A stretch of 64,000 nt of DNA from an uncultured Rickettsiales bacterium (GTDB lineage Bacteria; Pseudomonadota; Alphaproteobacteria; Rickettsiales; CANDYO01). The position numbers and the translations under genes are program-made. The stretch covers positions 208,998-272,997 of the forward strand of contig CAYHIS010000001.1 in the NCBI GenBank assembly GCA_964356785.1, read 5' to 3'. Numbering within the stretch: the stretch's first letter is position 1; each line of letters opens with the position of its first letter. The notes beneath the pieces are model-generated. The model was not told where the DNA came from. It saw only the letters and a program-made list of their open reading frames with translations, and ran no database searches. Shown here piece after piece: positions 48,598-58,349 of this stretch.

Positions 48598-50286
48598 TTA
48601 AGTGTTTTCTCTGCTAACTATCTTTCCATTTTCCAGGTGAATAATTAAATCTACATTTGCAATTGATGACATGTGATGAGATATTACCAAAGTAGTTCTA
48701 TTATGTTTTAAATTATCCAAAGCTAATTGAACTAATTTTTCATTTTCAGCATCAAGCGAGCTTGTGGCCTCATCAAGTAGAAGGATTTTAGGATCTTTTA
48801 AAATAGCCCTGCTAATCGCAATTCTTTGCTTCTGTCCACCAGATAATTTTACACCTTTCTCTCCTAAATATGTATTTAACCCTTCTGGTAAAGAGTTAAA
48901 GAAGTCAAAAATTTCTGCGGATTTAGCAGCTGAAACTACTTCAGATTCGGTTGCTTCTTGTTTTCCATATAGAATATTATTATAGGCTGTATCTGAAAAT
49001 ATTACTGGATCTTGAGTAACTAATGCAAATTGCGATCTTAATTCTTTAAAACTTAAATCTTTAATATCAATGCCGCCTAGAGTGATTGTTCCTGAGTCTG
49101 GGTCTAGGAATCTTAGTAATAGAGAAAAAATAGTGCTTTTACCAGCCCCAGATGGGCCAATAATAGCTATTATATTTCCTTTTTTAGCTTTGAAACTAAT
49201 ATCGTCTAGAACTTTTATATTAGGCCTGGAAGGGTAGGTAAAGCTTAGATGCTTAACTTCTAAATCAAAATTTTCGCTAAGAGACAATGGAAGCTCTGCT
49301 TCTGTTATATTGGATTTAGCATTCAAAACCTCAATAATCCTCTCTAAAGCTCCTGCGGCGCGCTGCCAATCACTAAATACTTCGCTTAAGGCTCCAATGC
49401 TTGTTGCAACTAAAATCGCATAAAATACAAAAGAAGAAAGTTCTCCTGCACTTAAATTACTATATAAAACATCTCGCCCACCTATCCATAATACAAAAGA
49501 TACAGAGGATAAAATTAAAGCAATAACTAAAGCAAATAAAATAGCCCTAAGTTTTATTCTTTCTCTTGCAATATTCTGGGATTGATCAACAGATTTAAAA
49601 AAGCGCTTAATTTCAAACTCTTCTTGAGTATAGCTTTGCACAATTTTAATAAAACTAAGACTCTCCTCTAGATGTGCGTTACTTATAGAAATCATACTCT
49701 GATTTTCTTTCGACAGTCTTTTAACCTTTCTTCCTATAAAAATTAAAGGAATAAGAATTAATGGCAAAATAATTAAAACATAAAGAGAAAGCTTAGGGCT
49801 AGTATATATCAGCAAGAACAGTCCGCCCATTGCCATTAAAGCATTTCTCAAAGAAAATGAAGCAATCATAACTATGCTGTTACTTAGCAATGTAAGATCT
49901 GTAGATAACCTAGATAAAATATCGCTGATTTTATTTAATTCAAAATAACTTGGAGAAACTTTAATTATATTTTTATAAGCATCTTTTTTTATTTTATTCT
50001 CTAATTGTTCACAAATTAGGTTGGTTCTAAGTGATCGATTATAACTTGCAAAAGCTAGTAGGAGAACTAGTAAGATAAGTAAAGCAAAACCTTTATTAAG
50101 ACTATCAAAATCGGTATTTAAAAAACCCTGATCAATTAAATATTTTAAAGCATAACCTAAGCCTAAAATAGCAGAAGAAATAATAGCTATAGAAAATAAT
50201 ATCACATAAATCTGAAGACGAAATTCTTTTAAATATTTATAAAGAAATCTAATTATTTCTTTTGGCTGCTCCTCTTTTGAAAACAT
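48598..50286 (-). CDS. ABC exporter, fused permease-ATPase (MsbA/ABCB-like)
   Basis: 562 aa. Six-TM N-terminal domain plus NBD with GPSGAGKST, LSGGQKQR and LLLDEATS. Confidence 0.88.
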   Translation of the reverse strand: MFSKEEQPKEIIRFLYKYLKEFRLQIYVILFSIAIISSAILGLGYALKYLIDQGFLNTDFDSLNKGFALLILLVLLLAFASYNRSLRTNLICEQLENKIKKDAYKNIIKVSPSYFELNKISDILSRLSTDLTLLSNSIVMIASFSLRNALMAMGGLFLLIYTSPKLSLYVLIILPLILIPLIFIGRKVKRLSKENQSMISISNAHLEESLSFIKIVQSYTQEEFEIKRFFKSVDQSQNIARERIKLRAILFALVIALILSSVSFVLWIGGRDVLYSNLSAGELSSFVFYAILVATSIGALSEVFSDWQRAAGALERIIEVLNAKSNITEAELPLSLSENFDLEVKHLSFTYPSRPNIKVLDDISFKAKKGNIIAIIGPSGAGKSTIFSLLLRFLDPDSGTITLGGIDIKDLSFKELRSQFALVTQDPVIFSDTAYNNILYGKQEATESEVVSAAKSAEIFDFFNSLPEGLNTYLGEKGVKLSGGQKQRIAISRAILKDPKILLLDEATSSLDAENEKLVQLALDNLKHNRTTLVISHHMSSIANVDLIIHLENGKIVSRENT

Positions 50287-50301
50287 AATAATTATCTATA
50301 A

Positions 50302-50631
50302 TTAAAGGAGGTTATTGTCTTTGAGTAAGCTTTTCAGCTCTCCCTTTTCAAACATATCTTTTATTAAATCGCATCCTCCAATAAAATTGCCTTTTATATA
50401 TAATTGAGGAATAGTTGGCCAATCAGTGTAATCTTTTATACCTTGACGCATTTCATTGCTTTCTAAGACATTAATATCAGCAAAAGGAACCTGAAGATGA
50501 TTTAAAATAGCAACTACTCTAGCTGAAAACCCACATAGCGGCATTTCAGCATTTCCTTTCATAAACAAGATAACATCGTTCGTTTTTACTAAATTATCGA
50601 TAGTATCTATAATATTATTATTTGTTGTCAT
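50302..50631 (-). CDS. grxD: monothiol glutaredoxin (Grx4 family)
   Basis: 109 aa. CGFS active site, WPTIPQLYI.G.FIGGCD. Confidence 0.92.
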   Translation of the reverse strand: MTTNNNIIDTIDNLVKTNDVILFMKGNAEMPLCGFSARVVAILNHLQVPFADINVLESNEMRQGIKDYTDWPTIPQLYIKGNFIGGCDLIKDMFEKGELKSLLKDNNLL

Positions 50632-50755
50632 ATTGCCTCAAGAATGGTTAAGAAATTTATAATTGCAAAAAAGAAAATGTTAGTTATATTAATTTTGCTA
50701 TATACTGTTACAGTTTTTATATATTATAAGTTATTTTTTTAAAAGGTAAAGGTCC

Positions 50756-51568
50756 ATGAATTTATTAGCGCAAGCAAATATAGTTGTTATAAAGATTGGT
50801 GCATCATTCATTATGGATTCAAAAAAGTCTATGGTCAATCACGTGTGGGTGGATAGCCTAGTTGACGATGTAATAGAGCTTATTAGATTGGGAAAGAGGC
50901 CTGTAATTGTTTCTTCTGGTACAGTAGCTTTTGGCGCTTATAATCTTGGTTTAAACTGCTTAAAGCTAAAAATACAAGAAAAACAGATTGCATCTATTGT
51001 TGGCCAACATGAAATGATAGAAGTTTATAAAAATAGTTTCAAACGACATAATATAAAAATTGCTCAAGGCCTAGTAACCGTTGAAGATATAGAAGTTAGG
51101 AAGCGATTTCTAACAATGAAAACAACTTTAGAATTTTTACTTAACAACTCTGTGGTGCCAATAATTAATACGAATGATTTATTAACAAGTTCCGAAATCC
51201 GTTTTGGAGATAATGATAGACTTTCTGCTAGAATTGCGCAGGTTGTTAATGCAGATCTTCTAGTAATGTTTTCTTTAGTTGATGGCCTATACGCTAAAGA
51301 TCCGTTGCTTTATCCTAATAGCAATTTTATAAATGAAGTCCGTGGTATAACTCAAGATATAGAAAATATGGCGCAAGACTCGAGAGCGAGAACTGGTGGT
51401 ATGTCTGCAAAAATTACCGCCGCAAAGATAGCTTTAAATAATAAATGTAATGTTATTTTTACAAATGGTAGATATAATAATCCTATAAAAAGAATTGTAG
51501 ATGGCGAAAGATGTACTAGTTTTATAGTTGACGACAAATCATCTACGCAAAAATATAAAATAGGATAA
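50756..51568 (+). CDS. proB: glutamate 5-kinase (short form, no PUA domain)
   Basis: VIKIG, VSSG.VA.G, FGDND.LSA and GGM..K amino-acid-kinase motifs. 270 aa, so the C-terminal PUA domain is absent. Confidence 0.8.
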   Translation: MNLLAQANIVVIKIGASFIMDSKKSMVNHVWVDSLVDDVIELIRLGKRPVIVSSGTVAFGAYNLGLNCLKLKIQEKQIASIVGQHEMIEVYKNSFKRHNIKIAQGLVTVEDIEVRKRFLTMKTTLEFLLNNSVVPIINTNDLLTSSEIRFGDNDRLSARIAQVVNADLLVMFSLVDGLYAKDPLLYPNSNFINEVRGITQDIENMAQDSRARTGGMSAKITAAKIALNNKCNVIFTNGRYNNPIKRIVDGERCTSFIVDDKSSTQKYKIG

Positions 51569-51571
51569 TTT

Positions 51572-51901
51572 ATGAATAATAACACACCAATCTCTAGTCT
51601 ATGTGATTTGATAGTAGCAACTCTAGAAGAACATAAAGCAGAAAATATTTCTGTAATTGATTTAAAAGATAAAAGCGATATTGCTGAATATATGATTATT
51701 GCGACAGGAAGATCTAATAAACATGTTGCATCTACCGCTGAATATGTAATGGAAAAAATAAAAGAAAATGGCTGCAAATATTTTGTAGAAGGAATGCAAA
51801 ACTCTGATTGGGTGCTAATTGATACATTAGATATAATTATTCATTTATTTAGCAAAGAGAAAAGAGATTATTATTCTTTAGAACAATTATGGCAAGGATG
51901 A
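51572..51901 (+). CDS. rsfS: ribosome silencing factor RsfS (iojap)
   Basis: 109 aa. K.A.NI.V.DL........Y.IIATG.S..HV and W.L.D..D.I.H.F pattern. Confidence 0.88.
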   Translation: MNNNTPISSLCDLIVATLEEHKAENISVIDLKDKSDIAEYMIIATGRSNKHVASTAEYVMEKIKENGCKYFVEGMQNSDWVLIDTLDIIIHLFSKEKRDYYSLEQLWQG

Positions 51902-51905
51902 GCAT

Positions 51906-52010
51906 GTATACCTTTAATACTCCAAGATTTGGAGCGTTGCATCAAAGCTCATGTATTAATTTATACACTTTGCTCCTAGCTCCTTCCAACTTTTGAAGTA
52001 TTAAAGGTAT
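51906..52010. repeat. palindromic element, family E (105 bp)
   Basis: The left arm TATACCTTTAATACTCCAAGATTTGGAG is an imperfect inverted repeat of the right arm CTCCTTCCAACTTTTGAAGTATTAAAGGTATA. Lies between rsfS and tRNA-Thr. Single copy in this window. Confidence 0.55.
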
Positions 52011-52063
52011 AGTTAAAAACCTCTTGCTAAAGATCGCATAATATGTAATCTTATCACCCTTAT

Positions 52064-52138
52064 GCCGCCATGGCTCAGTGGTAGAGCACATCATTGGTAA
52101 TGATGAGGTCGATGGTTCGATTCCATCTGGCGGCACCA
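52064..52138 (+). tRNA. tRNA-Thr (anticodon GGU), CCA encoded
   Basis: Manual cloverleaf: acceptor GCCGCCA/TGGCGGC, D stem GCTC/GAGC, anticodon stem CATCA/TGATG with loop TTGGTAA, T stem GATGG/CCATC with loop TTCGATT, then A-CCA. Confidence 0.93.
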
Positions 52139-52488
52139 GCAAAAGCAAGGTCTTTAAGCTTATAGATTTTCTTGCAAAAATCTTATTTTCTACATATTTT
52201 CTACACTTCGTATAAAATAACATCAAATAATGTAAAACATTGACCATACACAAAGCTTCAATTTTGTAGAAAAATCTTCTTTTTCATTTGCGCTTTATTC
52301 TTCTAGTCTGCAATTTCATCTCTATAATACCAATTAATAAATAGATTGATTTTATTTTGTATGAATTCAAACATAATGACATCTCGTTTGCTAACAATAG
52401 CAAACTTATCCCTCCTAGTTTATGCAGTCAATATAAGGATTATCTAATTAAGAAATCTTAATTTAACTTCAAAAAGATACAAAATTTT

Positions 52489-53598
52489 CTATATATTACT
52501 ATTTAATTGATAGCTTGTGCTGCGGCCACTAGCTTCGCTTTTAATTAGAATACCTTGCTCCAGCAGAGAGTTAATATCTCGAAGCGCTGTATCTTGCGAG
52601 CATTTTGTTATCTTTGCCCATTTTGAACTATTTAGCTTTCCTATAAAATTCCCATCCAATAAAAGATTTATTATTAAACGTTGCCTGTGGTTGAAATATT
52701 CTTCTAGATGATTTTCCCAAAATTTAGCTTTTATTATAATAGCGAATAGAATTTCATCAGATTGAGCGATAGCGGAGTTTAAACAATTCAAGAACCATTC
52801 AATCCATATAGATATATCAAGTGACCATTTTTGGCATTTTTCTAAAACGTTATAATATGAGTTGCGCTCATTCTGAATCTGAGAGGACATACTATAAAAT
52901 CGTTTAGATGTATTTTCTGATCTTGCCAGCAACATATCAGCTATTGCACGAGCTATGCGGCCATTACCATCATCAAATGGATGGATAGTTACAAACCAAA
53001 AATGAGCGATAGCAGCTTTGATAACTGGATCAATCTCGGATTCTAAGTTAATCCAGTCAATAAAATGTTGCATTTCTATTTTAATGCGATCATAAGTTAG
53101 TGCTTCATAATGTATTTTTTCTCGGCCATAAGGTCCTGACACTATTTGCATTGCTCCACTAGATTTTCCTCGCCAATTACCTACGGTAATTTTCTGTAGC
53201 CCACTTCTTCCGGTTGGAAATAAAGCAGCATGCCAACTAAATAAACGTTCATTTGTAAGAATATTATTATAATTCTTTGTTGCATCTAACATAATCTCTA
53301 CAATGCCCTCTACGTTACGGGAGGATATTATGACAGGCTCATTAATAGCTATTCCTAGTCGCTTAGCAATAGAAGAGCGCACTTGTTCTTTATTAAGATT
53401 TTCTCCTTCAATTTCGCTAGTTTTGATGACATCCTGAGTTAAGGTTTGTAATGTAGACTCTTCCTGCAAATTAAATCCTAGAGAGCTCATTTTACCCAAT
53501 AAACATCCTTGTGAATAACGTAGTCTGGCTAATAGATCTGTTAATTTTTGTTTATCCCAAGTAAAATTAGGCCATCCTTTTAATAGGTATATATACAT
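52489..53598 (-). CDS. Fic-family protein (class II: N-terminal inhibitory motif, C-terminal wHTH-like region)
   Basis: Fic active-site motif HPFDDGNGRIARA. Upstream inhibitory-helix motif TSEIEG fits [ST]xxxE[GN]. Start placed at ATG 53598 (MYIYLLKGWPNFTW), since the tracked 18-aa extension looks spurious. Confidence 0.88.
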   Translation of the reverse strand: MYIYLLKGWPNFTWDKQKLTDLLARLRYSQGCLLGKMSSLGFNLQEESTLQTLTQDVIKTSEIEGENLNKEQVRSSIAKRLGIAINEPVIISSRNVEGIVEIMLDATKNYNNILTNERLFSWHAALFPTGRSGLQKITVGNWRGKSSGAMQIVSGPYGREKIHYEALTYDRIKIEMQHFIDWINLESEIDPVIKAAIAHFWFVTIHPFDDGNGRIARAIADMLLARSENTSKRFYSMSSQIQNERNSYYNVLEKCQKWSLDISIWIEWFLNCLNSAIAQSDEILFAIIIKAKFWENHLEEYFNHRQRLIINLLLDGNFIGKLNSSKWAKITKCSQDTALRDINSLLEQGILIKSEASGRSTSYQLNSNI

Positions 53599-53756
53599 AA
53601 TAATCTCTGCATTAATTAATGAGATTATAGCTATTATTCTCCGCAATGGCAATTAAATAATATTTTGATAACTATTTGCTACTTATCTTGAATTTTTTTA
53701 TAGATAATGATAAATATTTTAGTAGTATATTTATTATCAATTTTAAAAGGTTATGC

Positions 53757-54227
53757 ATGATAAATGAAATAAGACATGATAATGAATATAAGTTTTTTAA
53801 CGATCTTAATATAATATCTGCCACTGCTGGGTCTATTATTTTTGTTGTTAATGCTTTAACTATAGAAGAGCTTCTTAATTTAAAGCTGTTGGACGATACG
53901 ACTCTTAAAAAGATAAATTATATTACCGGCACAAGCATTATGATTGTTGGTGGTGCAGTAGGTTGGTTTATTGCTCCATATCAATTTGGTTCTGCAATTT
54001 ACGCTATAGGGGCTGAAATAAGTTTCGTCTCTGGAATTGCTATACCTTATGTTGTTTCAAGCTATGTGCCAGACGTTTTTCGTAATGAAGAAGATTCAGT
54101 AGTTTGGAGTGGGATCAAATTACTATTATTATCGCCAATAATTCTATTACTTGTAAATAAATTTATAGATCCTAGTATTGAGCTTTATAATTATAATGAA
54201 AATCAATATTATGAGAATTGGTATTAA
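53757..54227 (+). CDS. hypothetical small membrane protein
   Basis: About 157 aa from ATG 53757 with 3-4 hydrophobic segments. Divergent from fic. Its stop shares the tetranucleotide TTAA (54224-54227) with the frr stop on the other strand. Confidence 0.5.
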   Translation: MINEIRHDNEYKFFNDLNIISATAGSIIFVVNALTIEELLNLKLLDDTTLKKINYITGTSIMIVGGAVGWFIAPYQFGSAIYAIGAEISFVSGIAIPYVVSSYVPDVFRNEEDSVVWSGIKLLLLSPIILLLVNKFIDPSIELYNYNENQYYENWY

Positions 54228-54784
54228 ATTTGTTTTATTTCTTTTTCTTTTGATAAAACTTTATCATCTATATTTTTAGTATAAGTATCAGTTATTTTTT
54301 GGACCTTATCACTTAATTTTTTAGACTCATCCTCAGAAATTTCTTTAGACTTTTCTGTTTTCTTTACCTCTTCCATAGAATCTCTACGTAAGTTACGAAT
54401 AGCGATTTTAGCTCCCTCACCATATTTAGAAGCCATTTTAGCAAATTCATTTCTTCTCTCTTCAGTGAGAGTTGGGAGAGTTATTCTGATAGTTTGGCCT
54501 TCAGTTTGAGGGTTAACCCCTAAATTAGCATTGCTAATAGCTTTCTCAACAGCCTTAACTGCATCTTTATCCCATACTTGAATTGCAAGGGTGCGAGCAT
54601 CCATGGCGCTAACTGTTGCCAATTGGCTAATTGGCATTTTACTTCCATAGGCTTCTGCGATAATTGGTTCAATTAGATGTGTGGAAGCTCTTCCTGTTCT
54701 TATTCCACTAAGTTCATGATCAAGAGTAGATATAGTTTTTTTCATTTTTTCTTCTAAACTTTCAAGTAAAGCTGCTTGTAACAT
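54224..54784 (-). CDS. frr: ribosome recycling factor
   Basis: 186 aa. Collinear with RRF (E..L..IRTGRA....L..I.V..YG, NLGLNP-like NLGVNP, IRNIRRD-like IRNLRRD). Confidence 0.95.
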   Translation of the reverse strand: MLQAALLESLEEKMKKTISTLDHELSGIRTGRASTHLIEPIIAEAYGSKMPISQLATVSAMDARTLAIQVWDKDAVKAVEKAISNANLGVNPQTEGQTIRITLPTLTEERRNEFAKMASKYGEGAKIAIRNLRRDSMEEVKKTEKSKEISEDESKKLSDKVQKITDTYTKNIDDKVLSKEKEIKQI

Positions 54785-54793
54785 TATTATCTC

Positions 54794-55507
54794 CTAACTT
54801 ATAATTGTATATTTGCCTTCTCCAGCGGCTACCCTTGAAAACGCATCCGGCTCTTTTATTGAGAATACTACTATTGGTAAATGATTGTCTCTCGCCATGG
54901 TGATTGCTGAAATATCCATTACTTTTAAATCTTTATTTATTACTTCCCTGTAAGACAAGTGATCATATCTAGTGGCCTTTGGGTCCTTTCTTGGGTCGGC
55001 TGAATACACGCCATCTACGCCAGTTCCTTTAAATACTGCATCGCAGTTCATCTCAATTGCTCTAAGAGTTGCCGTTGTATCTGTTGTAAAAAATGGGCTA
55101 CCAGTGCCTCCAGCAAATATCACAATTCTTTTCTTCTCCATATGCCTTACAGCTCTTCTTCTAGCGTAAGGTTCACAGATAGTTGCCATTGGAATTGCAG
55201 ACTGCACTCTTGTTGGAACTCCCATAGATTCTAAGCAATTTTGTAATGATAATGCATTGATAACGGTTGCAAGCATGCCCATATAATCTGCGCTGGCTCT
55301 TTCCATGCCTTCGGCTGCAACAGAAACGCCTCTAAAAATATTTCCCCCACCAACAACCAAGCAAAGCTCGTAGTCTTGTTCGTAAACACGCTTGATATTT
55401 TCACAGATGGTACGAACGGTTTGCAAATCTATTCCGAAAGACAGGCTCCCCATCAATGCTTCGCCTGAGATTTTTAGTAAGATTCTTTTAAATTTATACT
55501 GGTTCAT
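54794..55507 (-). CDS. pyrH: UMP kinase
   Basis: 237 aa. [22 protein letters not shown] and [18 protein letters not shown] motifs. Confidence 0.95.
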   Translation of the reverse strand: MNQYKFKRILLKISGEALMGSLSFGIDLQTVRTICENIKRVYEQDYELCLVVGGGNIFRGVSVAAEGMERASADYMGMLATVINALSLQNCLESMGVPTRVQSAIPMATICEPYARRRAVRHMEKKRIVIFAGGTGSPFFTTDTTATLRAIEMNCDAVFKGTGVDGVYSADPRKDPKATRYDHLSYREVINKDLKVMDISAITMARDNHLPIVVFSIKEPDAFSRVAAGEGKYTIIS

Positions 55508-55712
55508 TAAGAAATTTTTTAATTTAATTTATGTGACTACATAAATATTTATCATGAAGTGACTTACTATGCAAGGTAGTGTTTCTAAAAAAATCTATTA
55601 TTATTCAGGTTAATAGGTCTAATAAAGGAATATCTCATTTACAAAGTAGTGACCAGGTAGTAACGGTAAAATTTTATGAAGTCAATAATTGGCATGAAAG
55701 CCCAGAAAACAT

Positions 55713-55789
<77 letters not shown>

Positions 55790-55790
55790 A

Positions 55791-55815
55791 TAAAAGACAA
55801 ATATCAAATTTGTCT
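55791..55815 (-). terminator. candidate weak terminator after mlaC
   Basis: On the minus strand, AGACAAAT-TTGAT-ATTTGTCT forms a perfect 8-bp AT-rich stem followed by TTTTAT, directly before the tRNA-fMet 5' end. Confidence 0.3.
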
Positions 55816-55871
55816 AGGCAATATAAATCAGATTTACATACTTGTAAAGAATATAATTAGAACTTATTTTA

Positions 55872-56492
55872 TTATTTACTAGAAGAAGCTGTCTTTCTAA
55901 TTAGTAAATTTATTAAACCATTAAAATCATTATTACTCATGGTAGAGTTGATTTCTGCTCGTTGAGTTGTAATTAAGCTTACGCCTTCGGCGATGATATC
56001 AAAAATTATAAAATCATCAAAATCATTGCCATTCTTAATAATCATATAGTTGATTTTTATTTCTAGATTATTTGTGCTATCTGTGAGCAAAGTTTGAACT
56101 AAAAATTCATTAGGCCTTACTTCTGTTGCATTAACTATCTTTACTTTATTTCCTGTATATTTACGAAAATTAGGAACGTATAGGCCAGTTAGGTAATCAG
56201 AATATATTGTTAAAAATTTTTCTTGCTGATCTGGAGTAATTCTTCTCCAGAATTTACCCATAGCAAATCTACCTATCCATTTTACATCAACATTCTGAAT
56301 AAATATTTCATTTAATATTGATTCTTTTTCTTTTTCTTCTAAATCAGTTTTTTTAACAATATTAATTACTCTTTCCGCTAAATCATTAATATAATTTGCA
56401 GCATCATTAGAAGCCGTAGCAAATGAAATATTTGCTATTATTATAGTAAATATAAAACATATACGGATTATATAATTTTTTATCAATTGCAT
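55872..56492 (-). CDS. mlaC: phospholipid-binding periplasmic protein MlaC (Ttg2D family)
   Basis: Signal peptide. D...I.RFAMGKFWR......Q...F and YS.YL...Y core typical of MlaC. Confidence 0.8.
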   Translation of the reverse strand: MQLIKNYIIRICFIFTIIIANISFATASNDAANYINDLAERVINIVKKTDLEEKEKESILNEIFIQNVDVKWIGRFAMGKFWRRITPDQQEKFLTIYSDYLTGLYVPNFRKYTGNKVKIVNATEVRPNEFLVQTLLTDSTNNLEIKINYMIIKNGNDFDDFIIFDIIAEGVSLITTQRAEINSTMSNNDFNGLINLLIRKTASSSK

Positions 56493-56501
56493 TTATTCCT
56501 C

Positions 56502-57251
56502 TTAATCATTTATTAAGCTAACTCTATTTTGAATATATAAGACCTTAGCTGTTTCATAAGGGTCTATACTAGATTTAATAGTTTTTATAACATTTTTAGC
56601 TCCAGCGCGTTTATGCAGCAACCATGCGACATTTATCGCATTTCGTTCCGATCTTTTCATAGCATATTTAAAAGGATCTATAAAGAAGTCTACCACTTTC
56701 CCTGTTAGATCTCTTAGTGAAGTTGGTCCTAAAATTGGAGCCACAATATAAGGACCAGTTGGAGCTTTATACTGCGCTAAGGTTTGACCAAAATCTTCGC
56801 CTTTATATGGTAAGTTAACCTTTGATGCCACATCTAAAACCCCAAGACATCCAAGAACTGTGTTTGTTGTGAATCTTGTTAAAGAAATATTGGCTTGTTT
56901 GAATTTACCTTGAAGAAGTAAGTTAAAGAAGTTAATCGGTTCCCCTAGGTTGCTCATAAAATTTCCTACACGATTTCGCGCGGGAGCTGGAACGACAAAA
57001 ATATATATTTCGGTTGCAGGAGAAATAAAAGCATTATCTATTAAAAGGTTAATATTAAAAATATTCTTATTAATTATATAAAAAGGATCAGGTATTAAAT
57101 CATCTGATACATTATGGTCACATTCATTATTATCATCCTGATTATCATACATATACATTTCAGAATAAGAGTAGCTGGGCACAGTGGTAGCCATTGCTTT
57201 CGACGAAGCTATAATAAAGAAAAATAATATCTGTAAAAATCTTATAATCAT
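56502..57251 (-). CDS. mlaA: MlaA/VacJ-family lipoprotein
   Basis: DPF...NR..F.FN, N.L.EP....N.LLQGK and R...NT..G..G..DVA core typical of VacJ/MlaA. Confidence 0.8.
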   Translation of the reverse strand: MIIRFLQILFFFIIASSKAMATTVPSYSYSEMYMYDNQDDNNECDHNVSDDLIPDPFYIINKNIFNINLLIDNAFISPATEIYIFVVPAPARNRVGNFMSNLGEPINFFNLLLQGKFKQANISLTRFTTNTVLGCLGVLDVASKVNLPYKGEDFGQTLAQYKAPTGPYIVAPILGPTSLRDLTGKVVDFFIDPFKYAMKRSERNAINVAWLLHKRAGAKNVIKTIKSSIDPYETAKVLYIQNRVSLIND

Positions 57252-58252
57252 TTCTTTGTTAAAATAAACATTAAACCTTTTGTATTATTACAAAATAATA
57301 CTATTTCCTTTTCCTCAAGAATATCCCAATTAAATTTCTGAGAAATTTCTTTTAAAAATTTAGCACTATAAGCAAAACATGCTTGATCATAATTAAATTC
57401 TATGTCACCAGCATTTGATTTTAAAACTACAATACCAAATATTACTCCATTTTTTACTAATTTATCCAATTTCTTATAGAAATTAGAAAAATCATTTACA
57501 TAGCCTAAACTTAGGCAAGCAAGAATAATTCCATATTTATCTTTTAAAAGCTCAAGGTCATGGAAGTCCATTTCCTTGAGTTCAGTATAAATATTATTGC
57601 CATCTTTTTCTAATGTTTTTGTTAATTCTAGCATTTTCGTAGAAATATCAATTCCAATAAGTGATTTTAAAGACACTTCCTGAGCTAATGAATAACCTGC
57701 AAGACCAGTTCCACAACCAATATCTAGGGCTTTGTAACTATCTTCTTTATTTATATATGTGGCTATAGATTTAGCTAATATATCTGGTGCTTCATATTTA
57801 AAATTATTTACCATTATATCTTCATACGAATGAGCGCTAGAATTATAATCTTCTTTCACTATTTCAGCTGGAATATAACTCTCATTATATTGATGATTTA
57901 TAATTTTAAATCTATATTGAGCCGAAAGATTATTAGGATCAAGCTCTAAACAAGTTTCTAAAGCTTGCTTTGCTTTCTCAATTTTCATTTCATAGAAATG
58001 ACATCTTGCCAAATGATAATAAGCCATAGCAAATTGCTTATTTAAGCGTATCACAAAAGAGAAACGCATTTTAGCATCAGCAATGTTTCCTTTTTCTAGA
58101 TGAAATAATCCTAACTCATAATTGGTTTTTGTTAAGTCTCTACTCTTTTCTAGAGTTTCAAGAAGCCCATCTCTTGTCTCAGTATAAAAATTTCTAATAA
58201 CCGCTGGAGCTTTCGAAAAAGCCTCTTTAAATTTAAGTAATTTTTCTTTCAT
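57248..58252 (-). CDS. TPR-repeat protein fused to a class I SAM-dependent methyltransferase
   Basis: N-terminal TPR helices (YELGLFHLEKGN, AMAYYHLARCHF, LELDPNN) and a C-terminal motif I LDIGCGTGLAG. Confidence 0.75.
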   Translation of the reverse strand: MKEKLLKFKEAFSKAPAVIRNFYTETRDGLLETLEKSRDLTKTNYELGLFHLEKGNIADAKMRFSFVIRLNKQFAMAYYHLARCHFYEMKIEKAKQALETCLELDPNNLSAQYRFKIINHQYNESYIPAEIVKEDYNSSAHSYEDIMVNNFKYEAPDILAKSIATYINKEDSYKALDIGCGTGLAGYSLAQEVSLKSLIGIDISTKMLELTKTLEKDGNNIYTELKEMDFHDLELLKDKYGIILACLSLGYVNDFSNFYKKLDKLVKNGVIFGIVVLKSNAGDIEFNYDQACFAYSAKFLKEISQKFNWDILEEKEIVLFCNNTKGLMFILTKK

Positions 58253-58349
58253 TTTAATTTCGTTTTACTATATATTAAATAATAATCACATAAATTAAGT
58301 AATTTAGCAATAGCCACTAACAGTTTCATCGCTTAACAAGGAATCAATT

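Noticed and set aside
51942-52253. A 103-aa minus-strand ORF.
   Set aside because: It reads straight through tRNA-Thr (52064-52138) and the family E palindromic element, so it is an artefact.
54224-54227. The convergent genes (the small membrane ORF and frr) share a TTAA that supplies both stop codons.
   Set aside because: It is a curiosity of compact genomes. It also depends on the weakly supported membrane ORF being real. No functional claim can be made.
55508-55712. A 205-bp spacer between pyrH and tRNA-fMet contains recurring GTGAC/GGTAGT words, so it might be an ncRNA.
   Set aside because: I could not derive a convincing conserved secondary structure or a match to a known RNA (tmRNA, RNase P, SRP, 6S). 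It is most simply the pyrH promoter and leader.
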